From positions 9,731 through 73,730 of the forward strand of contig JABFXB010000019.1 in assembly GCA_013361975.1 (NCBI GenBank): a DNA stretch of 64,000 bases. Direction: 5' to 3'. The position numbers and the translations under genes are program-made. The notes under the pieces were generated by a model that searched no databases, was not told where the DNA came from, and saw only the letters and a list, made by a program, of their open reading frames with translations. Positions 37,972-47,798 of this stretch are shown in pieces (within the stretch, counting starts at the first letter, position 1; the number at the start of each line of letters is the position of its first letter). This stretch comes from Dermatophilaceae bacterium (lineage in GTDB: Bacteria > Actinomycetota > Actinomycetes > Actinomycetales > Dermatophilaceae).

Positions 37972-38733
37972 ATGAGCAGCCCCGCCCACCCACCCGCGAC
38001 GCCGTCGAGGGCTCCCGCGACCGGCCCGACGTCCGGGGCCGCGAGCGCGCGCATCCTCGTCGTGGAAGACGAGAAGGACCTGGCCAAGATGGTCGGCGCG
38101 TACCTCGAGCGTGCCGGTTACGCGGTCGACCTGGTCCACAACGGCCACGACGCCGTCGACGCGGCCCGCACGGGTCGGCCGGACGCCATCGTGCTCGACC
38201 TCGGGCTGCCCGGGCTCGACGGTGTCGAGGTGTGCAGACAGGTGCGCACCTTCTCCGACTGCTACATCCTCATGCTCACCGCGCGAGACGACGAGGTCGA
38301 CAAGCTGGTCGGCCTGTCGGTGGGGGCCGACGACTACATCACGAAGCCGTTCAGCCCGCGCGAGCTCGTCGCGCGCGTGCAGGTCGTGCTGCGCCGGCCC
38401 CGGTCCGCCCCGTCATCGGACCGGGGTGAGGCGATCCGAACCTTCGGCGACCTGTCCGTTGACGTCGAGTCCCGCGAGGTGCACGTGGCCGGGCAGCCCG
38501 TCGAGCTCACCCGAACCGAGTTCGACATCCTCGCGGTCCTGACGGACCGGCCCCGGCTGGCCTACTCGCGCCGCCAGCTCATCGACGAGGTCTGGGACGC
38601 CGCGTGGGTCGGTGACGAGCACATCGTGGACGTGCATGTGGCGCACCTGCGCCGCAAGCTGGGCGATGACCCGTCCAGTCCCCGGTTCGTCGACACGGTC
38701 CGGGGTGTCGGATACCGCATGGGTACTGGCTGA
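37972..38733 (+). CDS. OmpR-family response regulator 2 (CopR-like, no adjacent kinase)
   Basis: Close paralog of regulator 1 (VEVCRQVRTFSDCYI, WVGDEHIVDVH). Confidence 0.95.
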   Translation: MSSPAHPPATPSRAPATGPTSGAASARILVVEDEKDLAKMVGAYLERAGYAVDLVHNGHDAVDAARTGRPDAIVLDLGLPGLDGVEVCRQVRTFSDCYILMLTARDDEVDKLVGLSVGADDYITKPFSPRELVARVQVVLRRPRSAPSSDRGEAIRTFGDLSVDVESREVHVAGQPVELTRTEFDILAVLTDRPRLAYSRRQLIDEVWDAAWVGDEHIVDVHVAHLRRKLGDDPSSPRFVDTVRGVGYRMGTG

Positions 38734-38799
38734 CCCCGACCGGTCGGACGCAGGCGGCGGCAGTCGCCGAACGAGTGTAGAGGTCTACACTAGTGGCGC

Positions 38800-39258
38800 A
38801 TGGTGGGGCGTGACGAGCCCGCACACGGCGCTGGCCAGAGTGAGGAACGAGCTCCCTTCGACGTGCGCGTCTTCGACCAGGGCCGGGTCTGGGTCGAGCG
38901 CGACGGAACCCGTCGCGCGCTGGCCACACTGACCGCCGTCGAGCTCGAGGAGCTGGTGGCATTCCTCCGCGCGCACCGCGACGTCTTCTACCTGCTCGTG
39001 TTGCGCCGCGAGGTCGCCTTCCGCCTCCTTGCCGTTGCGGCGGCTGCCGAGGACGCCGCGCAGGGTGCCCCAGACGCGCGAGCGCCACACCGTGTCGCCC
39101 AGCCGGGGCCTGCAGGGACGCCCGTCACGGGGCCGATGCCTCTTCGTGGGCGCGATCGCCGTGCGGACCGGAACTGGGCCGCTCTGGGCCGGGGCCCCGA
39201 CGCGTGGCTTGCTGCGACTCCGCTGATGCGCGCCCTGCTGCGAGCCGCCTCGCTGTGA
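38800..39258 (+). CDS. Hypothetical protein
   Basis: FDVRVFDQGRVWVERDG...WLAATPLMRAL; plausible codon usage. Confidence 0.65.
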   Translation: MVGRDEPAHGAGQSEERAPFDVRVFDQGRVWVERDGTRRALATLTAVELEELVAFLRAHRDVFYLLVLRREVAFRLLAVAAAAEDAAQGAPDARAPHRVAQPGPAGTPVTGPMPLRGRDRRADRNWAALGRGPDAWLAATPLMRALLRAASL

Positions 39259-39324
39259 CCACCCGAGTGGCGGCTGCGTCGGGCACGTTCATCCCCGGCG
39301 TGGGGCCGCGGTGGGGGAGGGCCG

Positions 39325-39425
39325 TGGTGGGCAGTGGGTGGGGCAGTGGGTGGGACAGTGGGTGGGGCAGTGGGTGGGGCAGTGGGTGGGGCAGTGGGTG
39401 GGGCGTTGGGTGGGCCGTGGGTGGG
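39325..39425 (+). repeat. G-rich 12-bp tandem repeat (CAGTGGGTGGGG x~8)
   Basis: Read directly; many GGG/GGGG tracts. Confidence 0.92.
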
Positions 39426-39458
39426 CTGCGGTGCCAGACCCGGGTGCCGTCCTGTCGC

Positions 39459-39478
39459 GCATCTTGACCAAATCTTCA
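39459..39478 (-). promoter_or_regulatory. CopR-like box
   Basis: Minus strand TGAAGATTT-gg-TCAAGATGC. Confidence 0.8.
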
Positions 39479-40122
39479 GAACTTCACTGCCAGACGTGCA
39501 TGTCCCGATGTGACCGTGACCGTCGAAGGGTTCGGAACGGCACCGCTCCTCTAGGTCGCGGCTGCGCGTTCGCGCCCGACTCGCGACGTTCGACAGGAGC
39601 AGGCGGTGGCGGCGACACGCACCAGCAGAGGCGGACGGCTCGGGGGCTCGTCCCCGGCCCGCGCACTGCCTGCCGGGCTCGCGCGCCGTGGCTGGCGTCG
39701 TCCCGTCGGGGGATGTCTCTCCTACGGTGACGTCCTCGGGTCCGACGCCCAGGTCAGCGGCGCGGTCGGCGAGCTCACCTACCTGTTCGGTCTCGGATGC
39801 TTCACCTAGACGGGCGTCATGATGGGGACGATGCGCGCTACGGACCACCGCCGCTGATGCGCACTGGCCGTCGCGACACCCCCGGCCGGCTGACCGCGCC
39901 GGCGGACTGCGCCGCCCCCGGTGTCGACCGGGGTGAGCGGCGGCGACGGTCGCGCCGCACCTGGCGCTGCCGGAGTCCCCGGAGCCCCCGGAGTCCCCGG
40001 AGCCCTGAAGTCCCCGGAACGGCGCGAGACCGGAGCGCATCCGCGGCGCCCCGTGCTGTGAAGCATCGCCACGATGACACACAACGATATGACCCTCTTG
40101 TGGGGTCGCTGACAGGAGCACC

Positions 40123-42648
40123 ATGACCGAGACGATCGTCCTGCATGTCGGGGGCCTGCACTGGGCCACGTCCGTGCCCGCCATCGAACGGGCCCTGATC
40201 GCTCGACCAGGCGTCCTCGCGGTGTCCGGTAACGCCGTCGCCCAGACCGCGACCGTGGAGTTCGACAGCGACGACACCAGTGTCGAGCAGCTTCAGGAAT
40301 GGGTGCGCGAGTGCGGGTTCGCCTGCGCGGGAGAGTCCGCACCCGCGCACATCTGCGTTCGTGAGGACGCCCATGCGTCGGCGCCCGCTGACGTTGCCGC
40401 CGCAGCCGGACACGCCGGCGCCAGTCACGGCGGGGCTAGCCACGGCGGGGCGAGTCACGCGAGCGGGGGAGGCCAGCAGCACGCGGTGGGTTCGCCGCAC
40501 GACGCGGAGACGACGGGGCGGTCACCGCACGACACGATGGGACACGGTGGCCACGCCGGCCGGTCGATGGACGCCATGGTCCGGGACATGCGCAACCGGT
40601 TCATCGTCGCAGCCGTCCTCGCGGTCGCGATCACGCTGTGGTCCCCGATGGGCCGCGACATGCTCGGCTTCACCCTCCCGGCGCCGTTCGGGCTCCGCGA
40701 CGACGTGTGGACCTTCCTGCTGAGCCTGCCGGTCGTGTTCTACTCCGCGTGGATCTTCTTCGACGGTGCCGTACGCGCGCTGCGCAACCGGACCCTGGAC
40801 ATGATGGTTCTGGTCGCGGTCGCGGTCGGCGCGGGATGGCTGTACAGCGTCGGCGTCACCCTCAGCGGCGGCGGTGAGGTCTTCTACGAGGCCGCAGCGG
40901 TCCTGACCGCGTTCGTCCTGCTCGGGCACTGGTTCGAGATGCGGGCCCGCGGCGGCGCGAACGAGGCGATCCGGACCCTCATCGACCTCGCGCCGCCGAT
41001 GGCGACCGTGCTGCGGGGTGGCCAGCCGGTCGAGATCCCGACGGCGGACGTCGTGGTCGGCGACCTGCTGCTCATCCGGCCCGGCGCGAAGGTCCCGACG
41101 GACGGGCGGGTCGAGGAGGGTCAGTCCGAGGTGGACGAGTCGATGGTGACCGGCGAGAGCCTTCCCGTCGCCAAGAGTGAGGGCTCCGAGGTCATCGGTG
41201 CCTCGATCAACACGACCGGGACGCTGCGGGTGCGGGCCACGAAGGTCGGGGCCGACACCGCCCTGGCCCAGATCGTCGCCTTGGTCCAGGAGGCGCAGAA
41301 CTCGAAGGCGCCCGGCCAGCGCCTCGCCGACCGGGCCGCGTTCTGGCTGGTGCTCGTCGCCATCGTCGGCGGCCTGGCGACCTTCCTGGTCTGGCTGGGC
41401 ACCGGCGCGAGCGTCGAGACCGCCCTGCTCTTCGCGATCACCGTCGTCGTCATCACCTGCCCGGACGCCCTCGGGCTCGCCACCCCGACCGCCATCATGG
41501 TCGGGACCGGCCTGGCCGCGAAACGCGGCGTGCTCTTCAAGAACGCGACCGCCCTGGAGACCTCGGCGCGCATCGACACCGTCGTCATGGACAAGACCGG
41601 CACTCTGACCAAGGGCGCACCCGAGGTCACCAAGGTCATCGTCGCCGGCTTCGACACGGCGAGGCTTCTTGGTCTCGTGGCCGCCGTCGAGAAGGAGTCC
41701 GAGCACCCGCTGGCCGCCGCCGTCGTGACGCACGCCACGGCGTTCGGGCGCGGCGACCAGGTCGCCACCGACTTCCGTAACGTGCCCGGACAGGGGGCTG
41801 TAGCGACCGTCGACGGTCACCGTGTCACGATCGGCAACCGGCGTCTCATGGCGACGGAGAACATCGAGCTCGGTGACCTCCTCACCCAGCGGGACACGCT
41901 CGCAGCCGCTGGACAGACCGCGGTCCTCGTTGGGGTCGACGGCGTCGGCGTCGCCGTGATCGGGCTGGCCGACGCGGCCCGTGAGACGTCCGCGGACGCG
42001 GTCCGTGCCCTGCATGAGCTCGGCGCCCAGGTCGTCATGCTCTCGGGGGACAACCAGGCGACCGCAGAGCGGATCGCGAGCCAGCTCGGCATCGACACCG
42101 TCATCGCCGAAGTCCTTCCGGCCGACAAGGCAGACCAGATCGCGCGGCTGCAGCAGTCCGGGCGTCGGGTCGCGATGGTCGGCGACGGCGTCAACGACGC
42201 GCCGGCGCTCGCGCAGGCAGACCTCGGCATCGCGATCGGGGCCGGGACGGACGTGGCTATTGAGACAGCCGACGTCGTCCTGATGCGGTCGGACCCGCTC
42301 GACATTCCCACGGCGCTGCGGGTCGGGCGCGGCACCCTGCGCAAGATGCGGCAGAACCTTGGGTGGGCTGTCGGGTACAACGTCATCGCGCTCCCGATCG
42401 CCGCGGGCGTGTTCTCTGCGTGGGGCCTGACCCTGCGGCCCGAGATCGCGGCCCTGTCCATGTCCGGGTCGAGCCTGATCGTCGCCGTGAACGCGCTCAT
42501 GCTGAAGCGACTTCACCTGCCCGCCCCCAGCCCAGCGGCGCCCACCGCCCGTGGCGCGGCACCGGACGCGCCAGCGCCGGCGCCGGCCAGCCATCGCCAC
42601 GCTGGCGCGGTCGACCGGCCGGACGTGGCCGGCCACCCCGACGGTTGA
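40123..42648 (+). CDS. Copper-translocating P1B ATPase with CPD motif and His-rich N-terminus
   Basis: [34 protein letters not shown]; CAGGAG RBS. Confidence 0.95.
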   Translation: MTETIVLHVGGLHWATSVPAIERALIARPGVLAVSGNAVAQTATVEFDSDDTSVEQLQEWVRECGFACAGESAPAHICVREDAHASAPADVAAAAGHAGASHGGASHGGASHASGGGQQHAVGSPHDAETTGRSPHDTMGHGGHAGRSMDAMVRDMRNRFIVAAVLAVAITLWSPMGRDMLGFTLPAPFGLRDDVWTFLLSLPVVFYSAWIFFDGAVRALRNRTLDMMVLVAVAVGAGWLYSVGVTLSGGGEVFYEAAAVLTAFVLLGHWFEMRARGGANEAIRTLIDLAPPMATVLRGGQPVEIPTADVVVGDLLLIRPGAKVPTDGRVEEGQSEVDESMVTGESLPVAKSEGSEVIGASINTTGTLRVRATKVGADTALAQIVALVQEAQNSKAPGQRLADRAAFWLVLVAIVGGLATFLVWLGTGASVETALLFAITVVVITCPDALGLATPTAIMVGTGLAAKRGVLFKNATALETSARIDTVVMDKTGTLTKGAPEVTKVIVAGFDTARLLGLVAAVEKESEHPLAAAVVTHATAFGRGDQVATDFRNVPGQGAVATVDGHRVTIGNRRLMATENIELGDLLTQRDTLAAAGQTAVLVGVDGVGVAVIGLADAARETSADAVRALHELGAQVVMLSGDNQATAERIASQLGIDTVIAEVLPADKADQIARLQQSGRRVAMVGDGVNDAPALAQADLGIAIGAGTDVAIETADVVLMRSDPLDIPTALRVGRGTLRKMRQNLGWAVGYNVIALPIAAGVFSAWGLTLRPEIAALSMSGSSLIVAVNALMLKRLHLPAPSPAAPTARGAAPDAPAPAPASHRHAGAVDRPDVAGHPDG

Positions 42649-43031
42649 CCGAAGCGCTCCAAGACTGCCCCGGAGGAACGGACCGCCCGCCCGTCGTCCA
42701 CGGTGCGCCGCTGCACGCCGCGGCGTCCTCGCGCGCGGGCGTATGGCTGAAACGCGCTGACCTGCGGGGACATAGGACCCCCGATGGGCAGGTGCCGACG
42801 GCACAGGTTGGGCCCAGTGCGCTCACGGAACGCGGAAGCACTCTTCCTGTCGTGCCGATGGTCGGACGTTGCGATCCTGCCGATGCAGGGCTCTCACCGA
42901 TGGAGCGATCCCGCGGGTGGAATCCTTCCCTGGATTCGTCCGACGCGCTGCCGGTGGCGCTCAGGGATCCGGGGCAGCATCCCGGTTCCCCTTTGAACCG
43001 GTAAGCCTCGTCCGAATGGAAGACTCCGCCC

Positions 43032-44051
43032 GTGAGACTTTTCGCGAAGAAGCAGAGGGCTGTCTTGGGTCAGTCGCCGATCGGCGCGTTCTGGAGTTGG
43101 TGGAGAGCGGATGGTCACCGACTCGATCCGAGCCGTGTGTCGACAGCGACGGACGAGCTCAACCGTCTGGTGACCTCCATCCATCCTGACCTGACGTGGC
43201 ACTTCGGGCCGGGTTCGGGCTCGCAGCACCGCTTGACTGTTTCTGCGGGCGGCATCGCCGAGGTACGGCCGGCCGCTGAGCGTTGGCTTCGAGCAGCGCC
43301 AGCCCCGAACGACACATGGGAGTTCCGGTCCAGCCAAGAACGAGACCCGAATGCGCTTGGGACCGTCCTCGGCTTCGGCGACAGCCAGCTCGACCTGTCC
43401 CGCACCACCTTCGACATCGAGACGGACGAACAGGCGATGCGCGTCCATCTCCGAGTGCACCACCCGGAGTTCGCCACCATGCCCGAACCAGCGCGGATGC
43501 AAGTGAGCTACATGTTGCTGGACTGGCTGCTCGGGGAGGACGATGTCGAGCGCTGGGTGGGGGAGATCAAGGCATGGCCGGAGGCGCTCGACCCAGCACG
43601 GAGGGCAGATGAAGTAGTTGCCGCCGTCGATCAGTTGGTGGCGGCTCGCGACGACGATCAGTGGAAGTTGGCGGAGTTCGAGGATCGCGACGGTTTCCCC
43701 GGCACTGCAGTGTTCCAGCGAGGAGTGCGGTGGATCGACTTCCCCACGCTCGACCGACACCAGGTCATCAGCGCCGTGTACCCGGCTCGAGAGAACGGCT
43801 TCCCGGCGGATGGCGCAGTGTTCGACTCCCTTCGCAGTCTCGAAGACGAACTGGCGTCGATTATCGGTGCTCGCGGCAGGCTGGTGGCCTCCGAAACTCA
43901 CCGTGGGGTCCGCACCTTCCACTACTACACGGACGGCGAGGACCAAAACGTCGACGCCGCCATTGCCGAGTGGGCGGCTCGGACGAGCGTTGTAGACGTG
44001 CAGGCGGAGCCTGATCCAGCGTGGTCGCAAGTCCGACGGTTCACTGGATAG
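43032..44051 (+). CDS. DUF695-like domain protein
   Basis: AFWSWW, IHPDLTWHFGPG, LLDWLLGEDDVERWVG, RTFHYY. Confidence 0.75.
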   Translation: MRLFAKKQRAVLGQSPIGAFWSWWRADGHRLDPSRVSTATDELNRLVTSIHPDLTWHFGPGSGSQHRLTVSAGGIAEVRPAAERWLRAAPAPNDTWEFRSSQERDPNALGTVLGFGDSQLDLSRTTFDIETDEQAMRVHLRVHHPEFATMPEPARMQVSYMLLDWLLGEDDVERWVGEIKAWPEALDPARRADEVVAAVDQLVAARDDDQWKLAEFEDRDGFPGTAVFQRGVRWIDFPTLDRHQVISAVYPARENGFPADGAVFDSLRSLEDELASIIGARGRLVASETHRGVRTFHYYTDGEDQNVDAAIAEWAARTSVVDVQAEPDPAWSQVRRFTG

Positions 44052-44109
44052 CGGTCGCCAACCCTTTGGGGCATCGCAAGCTCCAGCCGCGCATCGGTAG
44101 CCTCTCGCC

Positions 44110-44322
44110 ATGGCGGTCATAGAAGTCGACGGCGAGCGTTTCCAGGTAGCCGAGCGGGCCAGCGACCCCGGCGTCTATGACATCCGTTGGCTTTCTGGTC
44201 CTAACGAAGGGTACGGCTTCGCGACTTCGTCCTACAGCGGCGAACGGCAATCCGAGGCCGAGCTCGAGGACGCGATCCGCAACTTCCTAAGCCAAGTCGG
44301 TTCCTCCGGGTACATCGAGTAG
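44110..44322 (+). CDS. Small hypothetical protein
   Basis: YDIRWLSGPNEGYGF...AIRNFLSQV..GYIE. Confidence 0.7.
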   Translation: MAVIEVDGERFQVAERASDPGVYDIRWLSGPNEGYGFATSSYSGERQSEAELEDAIRNFLSQVGSSGYIE

Positions 44323-44333
44323 CTCAACCGGAA

Positions 44334-44443
44334 ATGCCGCGTTGAGGGCGGCTACGCTCGCCCGGTCATGCCGCGTTGAGGGCGGCTACGCTCGCCCGGT
44401 CATGCCGCGTTGAGGGCGGCTACGCTCGCCCGGTCATGCCGCG
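44334..44443. repeat. 34-bp perfect tandem repeat x3.2
   Basis: ATGCCGCGTTGAGGGCGGCTACGCTCGCCCGGTC at 44334, 44368 and 44402; no spacers. Confidence 0.95.
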
Positions 44444-44564
44444 GATGGTGAGTGCCCATCATGCCGATGAGCGCGCACTCTCATCAGGGATATGTGGGTG
44501 ATCGGCCGTCCGAGAGTCGGACGTTGCCGAGGCGCTGTTGTGGGGCCCCGCTGCCGCTACGGAG

Positions 44565-45239
44565 CTACTTCGGCCAAGCCCACGACTGTGCTTTGCCCTG
44601 CCCATCGATCCACGTGATCGAGGGGTGGAGCCAGTCGCCGGCCTGCCGGCTCGAGTCCAGCGCGACCGCGACGTAGTCAGGACCTCCGTGGGGGCTGGAA
44701 ATCTTCATCGTGGAGATAGCCAAAGCCTCTGAGGTCTGGTCGTCGGTGGCCCGGAAGTCGTGGGCTCCGGCCGGGAACAGCGCGAAGGTCGCGCCGGGCT
44801 CGGTGCTGACTGCGAACCCCACCGATGGCAGGTCCTCGGCACGGATTTCTCCGGCAGACATCAGGACCTTTTCCGACCCGTCGTGGTTCAGCCGGGAAAG
44901 GACGAACTCGCTGCGATCCCCGAGGTAGGCATCCCGGACTGAAATGACGTAACGGTGCCCGTTCGCGGTGACCCACGCGCCGACCTCACTCCCCGGCATG
45001 CCTTCACCGGCGGCCCAGACCAGCGGGCTCAGCGGCGTGCCAGTCGCGGGGACCACCGCCTGGGCGATCCCAAAGGCGACCAGGCCCGAGGCCGCGACTC
45101 CGGACAGGACCGCTCGGCGCCGTCGGACGCGGCGCACTCGGTGACCGATGGCGACAACGTCGCCGGGGTCGACCTCGCCGGCGGGGATCTCGCTGTCGGT
45201 GAAGACGTGGCGAACGAACGCTTCGACGTCAGTGCTCAT
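44565..45239 (-). CDS. Putative membrane-anchored anti-sigma factor
   Basis: Overlaps the sigma gene; short cytoplasmic N-terminus, RRVRRRR, TM, extracellular domain. Confidence 0.7.
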   Translation of the reverse strand: MSTDVEAFVRHVFTDSEIPAGEVDPGDVVAIGHRVRRVRRRRAVLSGVAASGLVAFGIAQAVVPATGTPLSPLVWAAGEGMPGSEVGAWVTANGHRYVISVRDAYLGDRSEFVLSRLNHDGSEKVLMSAGEIRAEDLPSVGFAVSTEPGATFALFPAGAHDFRATDDQTSEALAISTMKISSPHGGPDYVAVALDSSRQAGDWLHPSITWIDGQGKAQSWAWPK

Positions 45240-45741
45240 GAACTTTTCCTTCGCTCGAGATGGCTAGTTGACGGAGCGCGGCGAGTCCGCGCGAGGCCGC
45301 GGACTTCACCCCACCGACCGACAGGCCCACCAGGTCTGCGGTCTGCCGCTCGGACAGGTCGGCGCAGTACCGCAGGACGATGACCTTGCGTTGCTGCTCA
45401 GGCAGCTGGGCGAGTAGTTCCACCAGTTGTTCCCGCTCCACATGGGAGGTGTCGGCCTCGACCAGCACCTCGCGCAGGACGGGGCTGGGCACCTCACGTC
45501 GCATCCGCCGCCCGTGATCGGCCCGACCGTTCACCAAGATCCGACGGGCATAGGCCAACGCGGTCTCTTGGCGCACCTTGGGCCACGCCAAGTACGTGCG
45601 GACGAGCGCGTCTTGAACGAGCTCCCGGGCAAGGTCCGCGTCTCCGCACAAGAAATAGGCAGTCCGAAGAAGAGAGGGTTGTGCACCGCGCATGAAGGCC
45701 GTGAACGACGCGTCACGCTCCCTCTGTACCGATCCCCGCAT
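45229..45741 (-). CDS. ECF (SigE-family) RNA polymerase sigma factor
   Basis: LLRTAYFLCGD..ARELVQDAL..W, LPEQQRKVIVLRY..DLSERQTA..VKSAASRGL. Confidence 0.92.
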   Translation of the reverse strand: MRGSVQRERDASFTAFMRGAQPSLLRTAYFLCGDADLARELVQDALVRTYLAWPKVRQETALAYARRILVNGRADHGRRMRREVPSPVLREVLVEADTSHVEREQLVELLAQLPEQQRKVIVLRYCADLSERQTADLVGLSVGGVKSAASRGLAALRQLAISSEGKVHEH

Positions 45742-45784
45742 CCACCCTCATCTCCCGTGACCTTCTAGCGAACTTGACGCCCCT

Positions 45785-45811
45785 ATACGGGCACGCACCC
45801 CGAAAGGTTGC
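45785..45811 (-). promoter_or_regulatory. Putative autoregulated ECF promoter
   Basis: GCAACC-N16-CGTAT upstream of the sigma gene. Confidence 0.55.
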
Positions 45812-46112
45812 ATCAGGACACGCCAGGCCACGCAGATGGGCGACCTCAATGAGGCCCGTGCTTTGCAGGCAGCCCCTGACCATCATGTCCACCCTTGCCT
45901 CAGACTCACGCCCTGCGGGTTACGAGACATCGGACGAGACGTTTACCGGATTTGCCGCTGACGGTGCTGGTGGCCGTCGTGCGAGGGGGCACGCCGGCCG
46001 ATGCCAGAGGGCCTTCCAGACCTTCCCGCGCCGCGGCCTGGGCGGACCATTGACAGACGCACCCCGGAAGCGCACTATCATGTTCAGTTGTTCCAGTTAA
46101 AGAGGAGTCTTC

Positions 46113-46718
46113 ATGTCTTCGGTGAACCCGTTGGTGGCCAGCGGCGCACACGTGTCGTCGTTCCAGACCGCGGTGGCCAAGCGGCATGCCCGGGCGACGG
46201 TGACGGCCGCTGGAGACTCGGTCCCATTGACGGAACTGGGCGGTCGCGTTGTGGCGATGCTGTTGGCAGCCTCCGAGGACGATGTTCGTGGCGTCGCAGC
46301 GCTTCTGGAGCACCACGACACGACGACAACGACCGAGCGCATGATCTCGCCCGAGGAAGCCGCCGCACTTCTTGGCGTGTCCCGACCGACAGTTGTCCGG
46401 TGGGCGGGCTCCGGCCTGCTTGAGGACCACCGCGTCGGCGCTCATCACCGCTACCGGCGTGAGGAAGTCCTAGCCCTGCGGGACGCACGTCGTCGAGCCG
46501 CGGAGGATGCCCGGGCAGAGGCGGCGCGCGTGCGCGACAGCCTGACGCAGGCGGGAGTCGATCTCGACGAGCCCCCGACTCGGGAGGAGCGCCGCGCAGC
46601 GGCGCTGGCCGCGCGTGGTGGAGACCGCACTGCTCTGCACGCGGTGATGGAACGGCAGCGAAGGGCGGACGCCCGTCACGCTGCGGAGACGGCCAGCGCG
46701 CCGAAGCGCCTACCGTGA
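46113..46718 (+). CDS. Excisionase/MerR-like HTH DNA-binding protein
   Basis: ISPEEAAALLGVSRPTVVRW...VGAHHRYRREEV; TTGACA at 46050 and AGAGGAG RBS. Confidence 0.85.
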   Translation: MSSVNPLVASGAHVSSFQTAVAKRHARATVTAAGDSVPLTELGGRVVAMLLAASEDDVRGVAALLEHHDTTTTTERMISPEEAAALLGVSRPTVVRWAGSGLLEDHRVGAHHRYRREEVLALRDARRRAAEDARAEAARVRDSLTQAGVDLDEPPTREERRAAALAARGGDRTALHAVMERQRRADARHAAETASAPKRLP

Positions 46719-47473
46719 CGTTGGAGGACCACGAGTGGCCTGACCCGCTGGATGGCGAGTACGAACTGAGACTGACCCTACGGGCGCTGGAAGACCTGGG
46801 CGCGAAGGCGTGCGGTGCCGCAGACCTCGACGGTGTCGCCGCTGTGACGGGGTACCCGGACATCGTGGAGAAGTTCGCGAAAATGCGCGCGCTAGACCCT
46901 CGCGGAACTGAGGCCCCGCTGTCGAAGGTGCATCGCGCGGACATCTACAAACTGGACGGCCGGGACGGCCAGCGCGCCGTTACCTGGCACGACGGTGCGC
47001 ACGCCGTGGTCTGGCTTCTTGGCTTCACGCCCGAGCACGACTACAACCTGTTCGTGAGCCGCGCCGGTACGGCGGAGACCCGCGGAGCCGGTGGGGACAA
47101 CCAGCTCATGCCCAGCACGCAGGACTACCTCGACCTCGCTGACGAACGCGGCGGCCACCAGCGCCTCGATCGTGTCATCGACGGTCTGCTCGCACTGGTG
47201 GAGCGCGCTCGGACCAGCCCCGAAGAGGTCGCTCGAGGCACCTTGGCCCACGCTGTCCGGGCCGAGGCCGCGATCTCATCGTCACCCGACGGTCCGCGAC
47301 TGTCCCTACGCTTCCGCATGCCTCCGATCGAGGCTGGCCTGCTGCCGAGTGGCTTCGAGTACGAGTTCATCGTGATGCTGCCAGAGGTGCTCGAAGACTC
47401 TGTCGACTACAGCCCCTTCCCCGGAGTCGCAGTACACGGGGCCATCACCGTGTCCGCGCCGCTGAGGTCCTAG
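46715..47473 (+). CDS. Hypothetical protein, possible RelE-like N-terminal domain
   Basis: GTGA overlap; YELRLTLRALEDL...IYKL..RAVTWHD...VVWLLG..HDY pattern. Confidence 0.65.
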   Translation: MTLEDHEWPDPLDGEYELRLTLRALEDLGAKACGAADLDGVAAVTGYPDIVEKFAKMRALDPRGTEAPLSKVHRADIYKLDGRDGQRAVTWHDGAHAVVWLLGFTPEHDYNLFVSRAGTAETRGAGGDNQLMPSTQDYLDLADERGGHQRLDRVIDGLLALVERARTSPEEVARGTLAHAVRAEAAISSSPDGPRLSLRFRMPPIEAGLLPSGFEYEFIVMLPEVLEDSVDYSPFPGVAVHGAITVSAPLRS

Positions 47474-47559
47474 CCGAGCGGTCGAGAGCCGGACGCCGAT
47501 GCCGCCCGGCAGCACGTCTGTCGGCACCCAGGGTAGCCATGCGCGAGACCACTGCGCGG

Positions 47560-47650
47560 GTCCAGTGGCCTGTCCCCGTTGGTCGGCCCGGTAGGGCCTC
47601 GATACAGCGAGGGTTACAGCGTCCCTTGCAGCGAGGGTGCAGCCATGCCC
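47560..47650 (+). repeat. Non-coding element, inverted copy of 34152-34257
   Basis: Contains 12-bp-spaced CAGCG units. Confidence 0.85.
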
Positions 47651-47663
47651 CCGTCGAACGCGG

Positions 47664-47683
47664 TGGTCTTCATGAAATCTGCA
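47664..47683 (-). promoter_or_regulatory. CopR-like box
   Basis: Minus strand TGCAGATTT-ca-TGAAGACCA. Confidence 0.75.
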
Positions 47684-47798
47684 CCGAATCGACAGGTGGT
47701 CGCGGTCCGGAGGCGAGACCGTTGCTCTGTAGGCCCGCCGAGCCGGCTGACCGCCGGGTCGCACCGGGTTGCGCAGCACCAGACCGGAGGCGCAGGCC

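Noticed and set aside
40088-40108. CsoR operator before the CPD ATPase (GACCC-tcttgtg-GGGTC)
   Set aside because: Lacks the TACC...GGTA ends seen in the two convincing operators.
44334-44443. CRISPR array
   Set aside because: Repeats abut with no spacers; no cas genes seen.
46113-46718. Prophage/ICE excisionase marking an attachment site
   Set aside because: No integrase, tRNA or att-like direct repeat found nearby.
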